Positions 1 through 13,574 of a DNA stretch of 64,000 bases are shown piece after piece. The stretch comes from the human T2T-CHM13v2.0 reference genome, Homo sapiens. Under the pieces are notes generated by a model, which was not told the DNA's origin, did no database searches, and worked only from the letters and a program-made list of their open reading frames with translations. Numbering within the stretch: the stretch's first letter is position 1; each line of letters opens with the position of its first letter. The translations under genes and the position numbers were made by a program. The stretch is taken from assembly GCF_009914755.1 (NCBI RefSeq), contig NC_060942.1; one strand, 5' to 3'.

Positions 1-375
1 AATCTGGCCGAATTTAAGGGAAAGGATTAACTTGTTAGAAAGATAGTGAACTTAAAACTTCCACAATTAAAGTAATAGTCAAGCAACAGAACATAGAGAG
101 CTAAAATCGCTTCTGAGATACGTATAATATTGACTATGAGTGAGTTAGTATCAGTAGATTTGGTCCTGTGACAAAATTCTAGAATAGAGATTATCCTGGC
201 TTAGGGCATGTCATGTCCCTACTTTGTGAATGGAAGACGTAGCTAGCAGGACACTGTGATTGACAAGTCCATTAGGAGGACCACATAAAACGTAGGGATA
301 GTAATTTCTCAAAAGACAGCTAGAATGCTCATACCAAAGAAAAGATGTAGAAATACTGGGTAGACAAAATGACCA
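1..375 (-). mobile_element. Old MaLR LTR relic (MLT1K/L-like)
   Basis: Degenerate match to reverse MLT1 LTR motifs (e.g. gctcataccaaagaaaagatgtagaaatactgggtagacaaaa); recalled consensus, boundaries approximate. Confidence 0.5.
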
Positions 376-562
376 ATGCACATGAATGAAATCTAAAATG
401 AAATTTCTATGCTAAGTGGTATTGTCAATACAAATCCAATAAAGGCAATAGTAAAAAGGGTAAAACAAAACATGAGTAAGGATAGCTTTTAATTTGCTAT
501 AGGCTACATCAAAACACTGAACTGTTAAAAAATCGTCCTTATGTAGTAGCAACACCAACAGC

Positions 563-752
563 CAATAATTATGGAGCATATATTATAACTCAGGCACTGT
601 GCTAAAATGGTGCATGCATTTTCTCATTGAATCCTTGTTGTAACAAGTCCCTGGGTTGAGTTCTGTTCTGTTACTCTTCTTATTTAATGATAAAGGAAGT
701 GAAGCATAGAGAAATTATGCAAGTTACCCACCTTTTATATCTACTAACTGCA
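563..752 (-). mobile_element. MIR SINE
   Basis: caggcactgtgctaaa...ctcattgaatcct...gataaaggaagtgaagcatagagaaattatgcaagttaccca matches reverse-complement MIR. Confidence 0.7.
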
Positions 753-879
753 AAGGAGAAGCAGTAATGAGGTGAGGCAGAAGAGGTACAAAGGGAGAGA
801 TACACCTATATTATTTGGACATCAGTGACACTTGAGACAACCAGGGTTAAGGGAGAGGTTTCAATTGATGATGCATGTA

Positions 880-2050
880 ACTAGGCACTGTGTCAGCCTG
901 TGCTGGAGGCCAGAAAGGAGCAGAGGAAAGAATGTCTACTGTCTGGTTGAGAAGGCTGACACTTGGACAAATAATTCCAATTCAATGTAAGAAGCCCTAC
1001 ACTAGAATTCCCTATAATGGTTCAGAAAGAACTCAGAGCGACCCATGACTCAGGGGACAATAGAAAGGAGAAGACGGGGAGAGTTTCTCCGAGAGGAGGT
1101 AGATCTTGAAGAATACACGTAAAAAGGTCAAGTTCAAGAAAGCAATCCTCAGGAAATGCATCGAGATGAATGAAAATCCAGAATATTTAGGGAGCTACCA
1201 GCAGTGAAGGATGATTTAAGTTATGCAAGTCATGATGAGAATTTGGGAATGAGAGTGATGGGAGACGAGACTGAAAACATAGGTTAGAGCCAGTTTTTAA
1301 AGAGCTTTGAGTGCCATACAAGACATCTGCTTTTTAAACCGCAAGCAACGGAGAAGCCCTGGACGTGTTTAAAGCCTCTGTGTTAATGATAAGATCAGAT
1401 TTGCTTGGGAGAGGAGAGGCAGTTGAAAGCTGAATTGGAGTTGGGGAGGACTTGTGGGTTTCTGATTTAGGTAACTGGGCAAATAAAGTGCCATTGAATT
1501 CAGGACAGGATTCTTGAAGGAGGAAAAAATTTGAGGGGAAATAAAATGGGTTTGCTTTGGGAACTTCCTCATGGCAGTGTCCAGCAAACATGTGAAAATG
1601 TAAGACAGAACCCAGGAGGCATCAACATTTGTAGAACAGGAACTCATAATAATTAGAAGATTAGAGAGAGAATAGTGGATGAGATAAGCCAAAGAGAGTA
1701 TGTAAAATAAGAAGAGGGATAAGAACAGGAATTCTGGAGGCACCAACATTTAAAGGGAGGAGGAGGAGGAAGATAAACCAGGCAAGAAGACTCAGAAAGA
1801 ATCAAAGGGTTAAGAGAAATACAAAGGAACAGTTGTAATAAATCAGGAGAGAAGAAAGTATCAAGAATGCAAGTTGTGACACAGCCTTCATGTAAGAGGA
1901 GAACTCAATATTTCCCTTAGGATTTGGCTATTGAAAGGTTATTCATGATCCCACTGGTTAAACTGGGTATGGCATGGTGCAGCCAAAGTCAGATTGCAGA
2001 GAGTTGAGTGTAAAAGGCAGTGGAAACCTAGGGGCATGAGGGTGTTTTAA
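880..2050 (-). mobile_element. L2 LINE relic
   Basis: Purine-rich degenerate L2 motifs (gagaagccctggacgtgtttaaag, ggaattctggaggcaccaacatttaaagggaggaggag, ggatttggctattgaaaggttattcatga). Confidence 0.7.
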
Positions 2051-2839
2051 TGTGAATAAAGAAGAGACATAGGTGGTATTGGGTTGATGAGGAGTCAGAT
2101 TTTTAGTGTGCAAGAGGGAAAGAAAGAAGTGGAGAAAAGAGGTTGGAATGTGAATGAAGGGAGAAGTTGCTGTCCCAGTGGGAAGGGACAGATAAAGGCC
2201 CAGGTGGAATTCTGTAAGAGGTGTCATAGCTCTTTCCTTGAGTCAGAAATATTCATTTAGCTTCCCCATCATCCTTTCTTCTTCTCTCTTTTTCTTAACT
2301 TCTGTAGCCTTTTAAAATTCAATCCTAATATGGGGATTGGAACTGAAATTGGTATACAAAGCACCTGGCACTGTACTGGTTACATAATAGAAGCTTAAAA
2401 AATGTTATATCCCTCTCTCCTTTATTTTCCCCTCTTTGGGTTGGACAGTTCCCCTTTCCATTCTCCCTTTGCTCATGAAGAGGATGAATCTTCCCAGAAC
2501 TCAGCTGCTGAGACTGACATATCAAATAGCTGTGGCACACTGATTGAAAGAAAGGCTTAAGAAATCTTTGGCTACAGCTCCTAAATTTCACCTGTGACAA
2601 TGAACTCCTATGGAAAACATCTTCATCATGGGGTACACAGAGTTAGCCTGACCACCAGATATTTTCCTTCTCTCTTCTGCAGTCCCATTGTTTCAGGTCA
2701 GAAGTGAACAGACAGTGGGTGAGACATGAAGCTCTAGCCAGAAAGGGCTAATGTAAGTACAGGCCAACCTCTGATGAAATAAATGAGGACTGTAATTCTG
2801 AGTTGGTCTGTTCCATTTGCCTTTCTCCAATCCCAGGTG

Positions 2840-2995
2840 ATGGCCACAGTGGCAGAACCTAGGAAGCCAAGAAGAAACCAGAGAATGGAGACACATGGCA
2901 GCAATGGCAAGTCATCAGACCCAGGATTTCCCAAAGAACACTGGTCCAGGAAGATGCTCTGTGAAAAAGTGTTCCCTGGTCGGAGAAATTTGTGA
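2840..2995 (+). other. Candidate 51-aa small ORF in a putative terminal exon (unverified)
   Basis: Follows polypyrimidine+CAG acceptor (AG 2835-2836); gtgATGg Kozak context; AATAAA at 3048-3053. No homology recognised. Confidence 0.2.
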
Positions 2996-5153
2996 AACAC
3001 TTTGCATAATACTTAAAAGAATGTATGGCACATCAAAGGTAATATGCAATAAAAGAATTCATTTTTTTAAAACCAAGCATATGCACAACTTATTTAACTA
3101 TGGATTCGATTTTTAGATTCATATTTTTTGACCCACATTTGTGGAGCCACATCCATAGAACAGATTTGACCATGCTTATGGTTATCATTAAAAAATTTTT
3201 TTAAATTCAGATTGATTTTGGAATTGGTTTCCCATCATAGTTCAAGTAGATACTGTCCCAAACAATCTGAAATCAAGAAATTAGCAAATGGGCTTGTTGT
3301 TTGTGGATTTGAATGGATTGAATTCCTACAGCATTGAAGAAAGATATATTTTAAAGCCTATTTTTGGAAAAATACTCTTAGTTGGGTATTTCATTTGATT
3401 TGGTACACAGTAGTCATAAATTGCCATCTTTTTCTGCTGTACTTTATCCTAAATATATTCCATGGTATGTTTTCATAATTAACATGCAAATAGATGTATA
3501 GTTTATAATTAATTTCAACTGGGCACAGTGAAAATCTTGAAAACCTCAGCATGGAGGCATCTTTGTTGGTAGAAATTCAATGAAATCCCCAAACATCTTT
3601 GGTTTTGCAATCCATAATTTGCAGATTATTAATACAATAAATCCTTGTTGTCTGTGAGAGTTGGCATCGTACCCATGAACTCCTGTGTAGAAAGCCTACA
3701 AACTAAAAGTCCAAATGGAAAGAAAAAATCACGTGGTTTCTGTGTATGCTCATTACCTGCTTCTGAAACCATAATATCTCGGCCTTTTATAGATCTTATA
3801 ACAGTCTCCGCAGGAAGCAGCTGCAGTCATTAGCCATAGGACAGACTAAACACACAATCTGCATGGAAGGAGGCCTGGATCAGCTTGGTCTTTCAGATCT
3901 CTAATCTCAGGCACAGGAAAGCACCATCAACAGCACCCTTTGTATATATACATAAAGGTAACATATTTTATCATTTAAAGGGATTTGAGAAATTGAAGAG
4001 GCCCAACTCTTTTTCTGCCTTCTTTGGTTTGAGGCTTAGATTGCTTAAGGGGCTTGCCCAGGATCACATATCTTGTAAGAGACAGAGCAAGGATTCAAAG
4101 CCAGTGCTGGCTTCTGTGTCTCCATTCTTTCCATTCTCCTCCAGTGGCTCTTTTGGGAAGCTGAGGGAGGAACAGCAGCAGAATTGGGTGGCACCTGCCC
4201 ATGCCCATCATGCACTGAGCATCTTCAGGTCTGGCCATGGACCCCTTAATTCCTAATCCAGAATTCCTCCCATCACTCTTTGCTGAGAAAAGCACTAAAA
4301 TGGAGATATTTGTTCCAAAATCCCAAATTTTAATTCCATAGAGCAAAGTGTCTTTATTTTTAAATCATCCAACTCATCATAAATTCAGCTGGATTCATTA
4401 GAGTTAAAGAATTGACAACACCAAACATTTTGTAACAGAAGTTACTGCTGCTTAAGGAGTTAGGGTTCACCTTTTCCAGAGCTCTTCAGTGCCAACCCAG
4501 CACCAATATCCCAGCGTCGCTGGAGGGAATGATGGCGCCCTGCATTTCAGAGAAGATTTAAAACCGAGATCCTAACTGCTCATCATCATTAAAAATCTCC
4601 AGGCAGTTTTCATAAGAGCAAGGGGGTGGTTGCCTGAGGTTTTGGCTGACAGTCAACCCAACTAATTACATTCTGTCTACTGTGTCCTCCCGCAGTTTCA
4701 ATTGGATATGTTTTTTTTTTTTATTTCCTGTCCTAATCTGAATGTAGGGTTGCTATGTGTTCTTAAGCAGATGCTGCTGTTCTTGCTGGTAGAAGAGGCT
4801 TTTCAGATTTGTTTTTTTCCTCACAGAAAGTTTTTGAGACTTTAAATAAAATAATTCTTCTAAATGTTCCTAAGATCCTGGCACCAAATACATTCTAAAT
4901 GCAATGTGTGCAGGTAAGAATCTATTTATATTGTTATTTTCCCTCATCAAGTATTGACATGAGCAGACATGCTTAACCCTGAGGTGATAATGTCCTACTT
5001 ATAGACAGTCAGGTCACAGCAGTGCCCCTTAGCATTCTCATCTCCTCTTCTTACTGATTACACGTTCTCCTGTTGCTCCTATTACTGGTGGATTTCATGA
5101 ACAACTCACACATTCTGTGGCATAGTTGCAATGAGAAAGTCTCAAGTTAGTGT

Positions 5154-5191
<38 letters not shown>

Positions 5192-5248
5192 ATCTATCTA
5201 TCTATCTATCATCATCTATCTATCTATATCTATATCTCTATCTATCTA
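5154..5248. repeat. Compound (TCTA)n/(GATA)n tetranucleotide microsatellite
   Basis: [TCTA]9 TCA [TCTA]4 TCA TCA [TCTA]3 TA TCTA TA TC [TCTA]3 read directly. Confidence 0.97.
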
Positions 5249-5689
5249 TGGTGCTGGAAGTCTAATAAAGAAGAAGGAGAAAAATTGTTAATATGATATT
5301 TTCTGGTCAAATTCCTCTGTGAATTTCATCAGATGTGGCCATCAATAGCGCAAGATAGAGTTCTTTGGTGGAAAGTCAGGAATCCAGAGGCATGAATTTT
5401 ATTTCTGCCCTCCCACCCACCTTGACTTCAGCTCTGTGACCTTCAACATGGGCTCCCACCTTCCTGAGACACACAGTGAGGAGAAAAAAGAGGATCTCTA
5501 AAACTCTTGGAACCTATAATTTTATATAACTTCACCCATGTTTGAGAGAGAGACGATATGAGCTTGCACATAAAACATTCAAAACAAAGTTTAATGATGG
5601 GCTTTCTTTTTGCTAAAATAATTACCAAAAGTTGTCAGATTTTTTTAGTTGATCAGATTAGAAAACAGTGATAATGTTTTGAAAGGCTT

Positions 5690-5892
5690 GTGCTATATAC
5701 CAGGCATGGATCTGGGCCTTTTATTTCTGTTAACACATCTGATCCTCTCTATAACCCTTGTTTGTATTCTCATTAGTCTCACATTAAAGATGAAGGAACA
5801 GAGACATAAAAACGGTGATTACCCCAACGTAAGAAGTGAGAGAGCCAGGATTCACAACCCAGCAGTCCAATTCAAGAGTCCACACTCTTCAC
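5690..5892 (-). mobile_element. MIR SINE
   Basis: aaagatgaaggaacagagacataaaaacggtgattacccc...gtaagaagtgagagagccaggattcacaacccagcagtccaattcaagagtcc. Confidence 0.65.
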
Positions 5893-7803
5893 AGTTCTGC
5901 AGCACTGCCTCTGTGGGGGACAGGCACTTTATAAATTTCACCTTGCTTCACACATTCATTCATTGTCACAGAAGTAAAAAATGTGGTTCCTTCCCACCTT
6001 CATCCTCAAAGATTTAAAAGAGAGAAAAATAGAATGTCTTCTGAAAGTTAAATTCTAAATCTACACTTCAAGAAACAAAGCAAAGATATTCAGAGTAATT
6101 AAAAAAAAAAGGAGATGTCCAAATTTGCTCTTTTCAGTCCAGCATGGACCTGATATTTTTAATCACTCTCCCACTTTTCAGCAGGACATTGGTCAAGACT
6201 TGAGTCTCCTTTGCCTTAGGGTTCACCCACATTCTCTCTGCTTCCTGGGTGGGATGCCAGGAGAGAATTAACTATCTAAAGGCTAACTTATCTTAAGAAA
6301 AAAAAATGCATCATTCAGAAGAGGTTTTGTTGACTTTCAGAAACATTGAAGGTGTGTCCTTGAGTCAAATGTCACCAGAATCCAAGCCAAAGGGGAGGAT
6401 CGTAAGGGGCAGAATTCCACTTGGTTGTTATGGGTGGCGTGTGTGTCCCTGTCAAGGGAATGCATGTCTTGGGCTTTTTGGCTGGAAAGCAGTCCATCTT
6501 TAGACCATATATCTATTTCCCTTCACACTTTCTTCAAGTCTATTAAATTCCCTTCTGATGACTACCTAGCCTGTTACAGCAATGCCGATGGGGGATAAGA
6601 TGCTGCCCTGCCGACTGCTCCGCTTCTCCTTGCAAACAAGTTATAGGCATAGCCTCGGGAGCTGCAGACACATGAGTCTGTCTCTGACACCACTCCCCAT
6701 GAGTGTGATTGCAAAGCTCAAATCCTGATCCCCAATACTGAGGGCCACACCTGACCCCATAGTAGGTCCATTATGCAAATGCCCCCTCTCAAAAGTTTCT
6801 TTGGTTTCTCTTGATGCTACACCTCTGTCTGTTGGAAATTCACACATTTGTCTTTAAGCCCACTCATCAATGTTATGAAATTTTCTAGGACTCCAGTAGA
6901 AAGTTACCACAGGTGTGTTTCTCAATCACAGCTTTACACCCTCAGTACAATGAGCTGCAGTTTTCAGTTGGGAAGAGCATAGTCATGCACATTTATTCCC
7001 ATGGGTGCATCTTGGTGTTTAGATTCACGTGCGTGCCCCTATTTGCAAGATAAAAACAAGTATAAAATATGAAATTGCAGCAAAATTCAGAGTGTGGAAT
7101 TTCTATTTATCAGAATGTGATAAATGTCAGGATAATAAGCCTCTCGAGGGAACAAACAGTTTCCTTGAGCACTGCTGCGAGGGCTATTATGAACAGACAC
7201 TGCCAGGCCATGTGTGAGGCACAGAGCAAAATCCCCCGCCTCTCCTTAGGCTGAGCATCACTAGTGATTTAAAATTCAGAACATCATGACACCAGTGACA
7301 AAGGGATCGCTAGAAAGAAGTCCTCAGTGCATTTGAGATATTTCCAGTTCATTGTAAAGAAGAAAATGAATAGATGGCAATTAAAACCAAACTTTATATA
7401 TCCCAGCTATTGTGTGAAGTATGTACGGAATTGTGATCAGAGAAAAGACAAAAATAACCCCAGCTTGAATTATGTTATGTATTTTAAGAAAAGGATGTGT
7501 TTTGAAGTAATTGACATTTCAAAGCTTAGCAGGAATAATTAGTCTTGATGTCACCTTTATTTAAATCAATTTTAGTACAAATCAGAAATTAAAATATTAA
7601 CCAACTAGCTTGATTGTCTGTTTTGAGTTAAGCAATAAGTATTTAAGTGAAGTCTGAGGATCAAGCACTGTGCTGGTGGGTGAGTGGGTGGTGTATAAAG
7701 GTGGTCCCTGCCTGCGAATTCTTAGAGTCTAATAAAATAGATAAAGTTTACACACAAGAAAGTGCTAGAATAAGCAACTTTCATATCCAATATCAGGTTA
7801 CAT

Positions 7804-7965
7804 CAGTGATTCTCAGTCAGGGGCCATCATGCCTTCAAGGGGACATTTGGCAAGATCTGGAGACATTTTTGGGTGTTTCAGCTGAGGGTGTGCTGTTGGC
7901 ATCTAGTGGGTAGAGGCCAGGCTTGCCGCTAAACATCCTACAATGCACACGACAGAATTATCCAC
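7804..7965 (+). mobile_element. MER20 (hAT-Charlie MITE), 3'-truncated
   Basis: cagtgattctca...ggggacatttggcaagatctggagacatttttgg...ggcatctagtgggtagaggccagg...ctaaacatcctacaatgcac closely follows the MER20 consensus. Confidence 0.85.
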
Positions 7966-8269
7966 ATCCACTTAACTGGCATCAAATGGCAGTTGGGCTG
8001 GGGCCACATGCACGTACCCTACACTACTCCAGCATTGATTTGTACTAGAGAAACAGAGCAAAACATATGTCAGCTGTGGTTCGTTGGTAAAGTCCCCAAA
8101 GAGTTGGGGCTTGAAGCTGGGAAGACCAAAACTGTCCATGCTTGTGGGGCCAGAAAGTCCCCTTGTTTGACCACCAGAATTCCCAGCTGCTGCTGGACTC
8201 ATGGCACTCAGCCTTCGGCTGAGCCTCCTCTTCCTGTTTTGTACTGCCGGGTACATATCAAGGCTTTAT

Positions 8270-8495
8270 TAACATTTAATTAAGCATTTATTATGTGCCA
8301 GGCCTGTGTAACCACTTTACAGGTTTTAAATCACTTAGTACTTCTAACAATTTTTAAAGCAGATTCTATTATTATCCCCATTTTAAAGATGAGACAACTG
8401 TGGCCCAGGAGACTAAGCAGGTTTTTCTTGTATCATACAACCGGTAGATGCAGAGTTGTTTAAATGCAGGTAGTTTAACCTCAACAACTATGCTA
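8270..8495 (-). mobile_element. MIR SINE
   Basis: aacatttaattaagcatttattatgtgccagg...ctattattatccccattttaaagatgagacaactgtggccca. Confidence 0.8.
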
Positions 8496-8824
8496 TACCG
8501 CTTCTCTGTCATATGACTTTTTACCTCTACTAGCAGTAGTGATCCAATTTCTTTCAGATTCCTTTCATAATAAAGTGTGCACCCACAGAAACTCATACTC
8601 AGAAGTATGCAGACAGGCAGCACATGCACCCGGAAAATCCTGAGAGTAGATGTGTGCACCCTCCTGTCTTCTGGCTCCAGGAATCTCCCTTGTAATCTCA
8701 AGGAAAACTGTTGGCTGGAGGGAAGGCTCTTCTCTCTTCATACCTGAGCTAAATTCTTGATAGGAAGAACTGGACTATTATATTTGAAATCATAGAGCTT
8801 GAAATATAGTTGATAAAGCAAATT

Positions 8825-9050
8825 TCAGATTGTTAAAATAAATTACATACTATTCTACAGTGGAGTTATTTTTAAGCAGTTATATGTGGAATGTGTCCAC
8901 ATCACATTGTTCATTAAAAACCAAAACGATTGTACACCAGTGCATATAATATAATCTTGTTTTTATTAGGGTAAAATTATGCTATTATATGTATAAAAAT
9001 AAGTCAAGAAGAATCCATGCCAATCTGTCAACAGCAATGGTAGAATTGCA
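8825..9050 (+). mobile_element. Old L1 (L1ME-like) 3' fragment
   Basis: aaataaattacatactattctacagtggagttatt...ggaatgtgtccacatcacattgttcattaaaaa resembles the L1M 3'UTR. Confidence 0.5.
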
Positions 9051-9589
9051 ACCTTAGGAGGTGAATTAAAAGAAATTAAAGAACATAAAAAGCAAAAAAC
9101 TTCTTTCCCGAGTCCCAGAGGAAAGTTGACTAAGATACCATAATCTAAGGGTAGAGATCATTTCCTTGGAGAGCATGCTCAAAGCCAGTCCAGGGCAGAA
9201 CTGAGGAGTGCAGAAAAATGTGTCTCCATGGAGCTCAGCTTTGACTTCACTGCCTGTTTCGCTACTGACAATACTTCCTCCACCCAGCACCAAACGCTTC
9301 CCATCACACTGCAGCAGTAAGAAAGAGGGTATAGCAATTCCATCCTCTCTTACATCTATCTCAAAGAAACTAGTATCATTATTTTTTACCTTGTGGTATA
9401 TTTGAATTAATGAAGATTCCTTTTCCAAGAATGTTTTCAGGTTTAAACTCTATCTCTCATTGTAGCATGAAGGAATTGCAAAGATAGCAAGTAGATAAAA
9501 GACGTACTTCACAGGAGCATCCAGCCTCCTATAGGTAACGATTTTCCTATATTATCCTTTTTATTCAGGTAGATTCAATTAAAATCACA

Positions 9590-10340
<751 letters not shown>

Positions 10341-10501
10341 AGAAGGGTCAGTAGCATGGTTGTTTACCAGGGTGTCTGAGAAATGCCTGCCTAAAACTGA
10401 GTACACATATATAATATTTGCTTCAAGCAACAGAGGAGGGAATATTGCCTGAATAACCTGCCTCTATAACAGACATTTATTTTAAGCCATAACTAACTGA
10501 T

Positions 10502-10590
10502 AGGAAGGAAAGAAGGAAGGAAAATATGAGGAAGGAAACAAAGAAGGAAGGAGGAGGGAAGGAGGGGAGGGGGAGAGAAAGGAAGTAATG
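10502..10590. repeat. GGAA/GGA purine-rich low-complexity tract
   Basis: aggaaggaaagaaggaagg...ggaggggagggg read directly. Confidence 0.8.
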
Positions 10591-10739
10591 GAAACTGTAG
10601 ATACCGAAATGAAGAAGGAATTAAAAACTAGAGTATTTGAGGGGAGTAACTGGTGGAGGTATTGAATTTAGTAACCTTAAAGTTTGAAACCCTCAAGAAA
10701 TTAACATAAAATTCAGACACAGCCTGGTAAAACTGCTTG

Positions 10740-11390
10740 GGCACCAAGAAGAAGTAAATTCAAAAACTCTCCAAAAGGACACACCATCTAACCAGGTACA
10801 GACAAATCCCTGCTGAAGAAGAGCTTACAACTCAAAATTGTAAAAGTGAGCAAACAATCCTATATGAGGGTGAGTAAAAAGACAGAGGAAACAGTAGGAT
10901 TAGAACCCCAAGAACATCAGATAACAAGTATTTGATAGACACTATAAAATAAGTATGTTTAAATGATTAAAGACCAAAAAAGAAAGGAAAAGAAAACTAT
11001 ACAAAAAAGATACTATGGAAGAAAAAAGAAAATGTTGATAAAGAACCAAATGGAAGTTGTAGAATTAAAAAATTTTAATCCTTGACATTAAAAATCAAAT
11101 AAATTAAACAACGGGATTAGATACTGCTAAAGAGAAAATTAATGAACTAGAAGATAGAGCAGAATCTATTTTCTGGACTACCACAACAGAGAGATAAAGA
11201 AGTGGAAAATATGATAGAGAGGTTATGAGACTTGGAGGAAAGCATACATCTATGATGAGTCCTAGAAAGGGACAATAGGGTTATTGGAAGAATAGTAATA
11301 TTTGAAGAAATAATGGCTGTGAATTCTCTTGTGTAAATGGGAAAGACAAATCATCAAATTCAAATGCACATAGATGATATGTCCTAGATG
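10740..11390 (+). mobile_element. HAL1 or old L1M ORF1-region relic
   Basis: A-rich ORF1-like motifs: aagaaccaaatggaagttgtagaattaaaaa, gagaaaattaatgaactagaagataga, aatatttgaagaaataatggctg. Confidence 0.65.
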
Positions 11391-12006
11391 CCTCTCTTCC
11401 GACTCTAGCATGAACCAGAATGAAACATGAGGGTTTATTCTGCAAGTTTGACCACAGTATAAGAAAATGATTCAAATAGGAAGTGATGGTATCTGCAGAT
11501 GAACTGGCTTCTGCCCTTGAGGATTTCCACTTTGTCAGCTTTGATCCTGCCTCTTCCCTTCTCCACTCCCTGTGCTTGAGCTTTGGTGTTTTGTTTGTTT
11601 GTTTTTCCACCATACCTGGCTTTTGGAGATACGTGGATTCAAGCCTTCTTTTCATTATGATTAAATACTCATGTCTTTAATTTCAACTGAGACTATATAA
11701 GAATTGACAAATGGAAAAAAAATTTTAAACACACCAATACTCCCCGTATTACCAAATCACACAATGCAAAAACAATTTTTTTAATTCAAATTTGGGTGAA
11801 GGACAGTTTCAATGGACTTGTCTGGCACAGCTTTTGGGTACTCCATCTTCAAATTATTTTATTCTTTCCTCCACTTCTAAAGTATGTTCTAAATATCCAT
11901 GTATGACAAATTGTGGAAACAATCCTGGTTTGAAGGTCACAAAAGTTCAGGGCTTAGCTCTGTCACTGTTCTGACCTTGGGAAATCTCCTGACCTAATAA
12001 CAAGTG

Positions 12007-12395
12007 TGTTATGGTTTAATTATGCCACCCAAAAAGCATGTGTTGAAACTTAATCCCCAATGCAACCAGTGTTGAAAGGTTGGACCTTTAAGAGGTGACT
12101 AGGACATGAGGGGTCTTCCCTCATGAATGGATCAATGCTGTTATCGATAGAGTGTTTTCGTGATAAAAGGGTGAGTTTGACCCCCTTTCCTTTTCTTGCT
12201 CTCTTGCTCTCTCACACTCACTTGCCTTTTTATTTTCCTCCATGAGATGATGCAGAATGAAAGCCCTTGCCAGATGTTGGTGCCATGCTCTTGAACTTCC
12301 CAGACTCCAGATCTGTGAGCCAAATAAACATCCATTAATTATAAATTACCCAGGCCATGGTATTCTGCTACAGATGCACTAAGCAGACTAAAATG
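12007..12395 (+). mobile_element. MSTD-like solo MaLR LTR
   Basis: tgttatggttt...aaacttaatccccaatgcaac...ccctcatgaatggatcaatgctgttatc...gtgagccaaataaa...ataaattacccag. Confidence 0.85.
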
Positions 12396-12407
12396 AATGG
12401 CAACCTG

Positions 12408-12607
12408 CTCTGAATGCATGCTGTGAATCAGGCACCATGCCAGATGCCTCATATGCATGTTCTCACTTAATCCTTACAAGAGCACCATGAGGTAGGTTCT
12501 CTTAGTAACTCCATTTATAGCTGAAGCCATTGAGGTCACCTGCCCATAGCCAAGTGATTAGAAAAAGGAGAGGCCCTCTGACTGCAGAGCCCAGGTCCTT
12601 TAACTGC
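12408..12607 (-). mobile_element. MIR SINE
   Basis: caggcaccatgccagatgcctcatatgcatgttctcacttaatccttacaagagcaccatgaggtagg. Confidence 0.7.
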
Positions 12608-13574
12608 AAACTCTTTTGGAAATCTCAACCACTTTGACCTCCAGCCTCATTGGCCACTGGTCTTTTGTTTTCTCCTATCTCAAATGAGGCCACCATTACA
12701 TTAACATTCTATAATGAGTTTGTGTGTGTGTGCCTGTGAGTGTGTGTGAAATTTAAGTTCCAGTGAAGACAATAAGGAATTTGCATCTGCTTCTAGGGAA
12801 AATAAACAAAGATACTATTCTACCATAGTTGGAGATAATGGCTGATCATTTATACATAAACATGGTTTTCAAAATTAAAAAATAAAAGCTGTTATTGTGC
12901 AGATTTTATTATTTCTACAAATTACCAAAATATTAGTATCTATTAAAAAAGTCAATCAGCTTAGTAAATAAGCCTTACCAATCCAATCAGTTTGAAATTC
13001 TACATTAGAAAATTAAGACGTTAGCCCACAGAGAGCTGCCAACTCAGGGATATTGGGCCTCCCTGCAAAGAAAGAATGCTAAAAACATGTACATAGCAGT
13101 TTGCAATCTGAATCTTCTACATAGCAAGGTTTTTAAATCACTTGCCAACTCCCCCCAAAACACCCCATAGCCTTCTCATTTACTTCTTTTTGTTTACTTC
13201 TTTCTCTTTCTTATTCTTGATGCCTGCCTAAACCCTACTTGTTTGATTTTTGGGATGTAAGACACAGTTCTTATTCTCCTTCTCCTAAGTCTCTCCCTCA
13301 GTTGACCAACCCAGTCTGTGGGATATGTAAGCTTCCTCTTCCAAAGTCTTTGGAGTCTATGCAGTGGTTTCCTTTCACTGAGCACTCATTCTTCACTGCC
13401 TGTTTTGTTAATTGAGAGTCATATGAATGTAGGAATCAACTCTTTGTATTTGCCACTGTTTTAAACTTATTTTCTTGCATATAGCATCAATCATCTATGA
13501 ATATGAGTGATATCTACATGTGCATAAATATAGGGCAAATATAGTTGCATGCTCCATATAATTATGTGTACATT

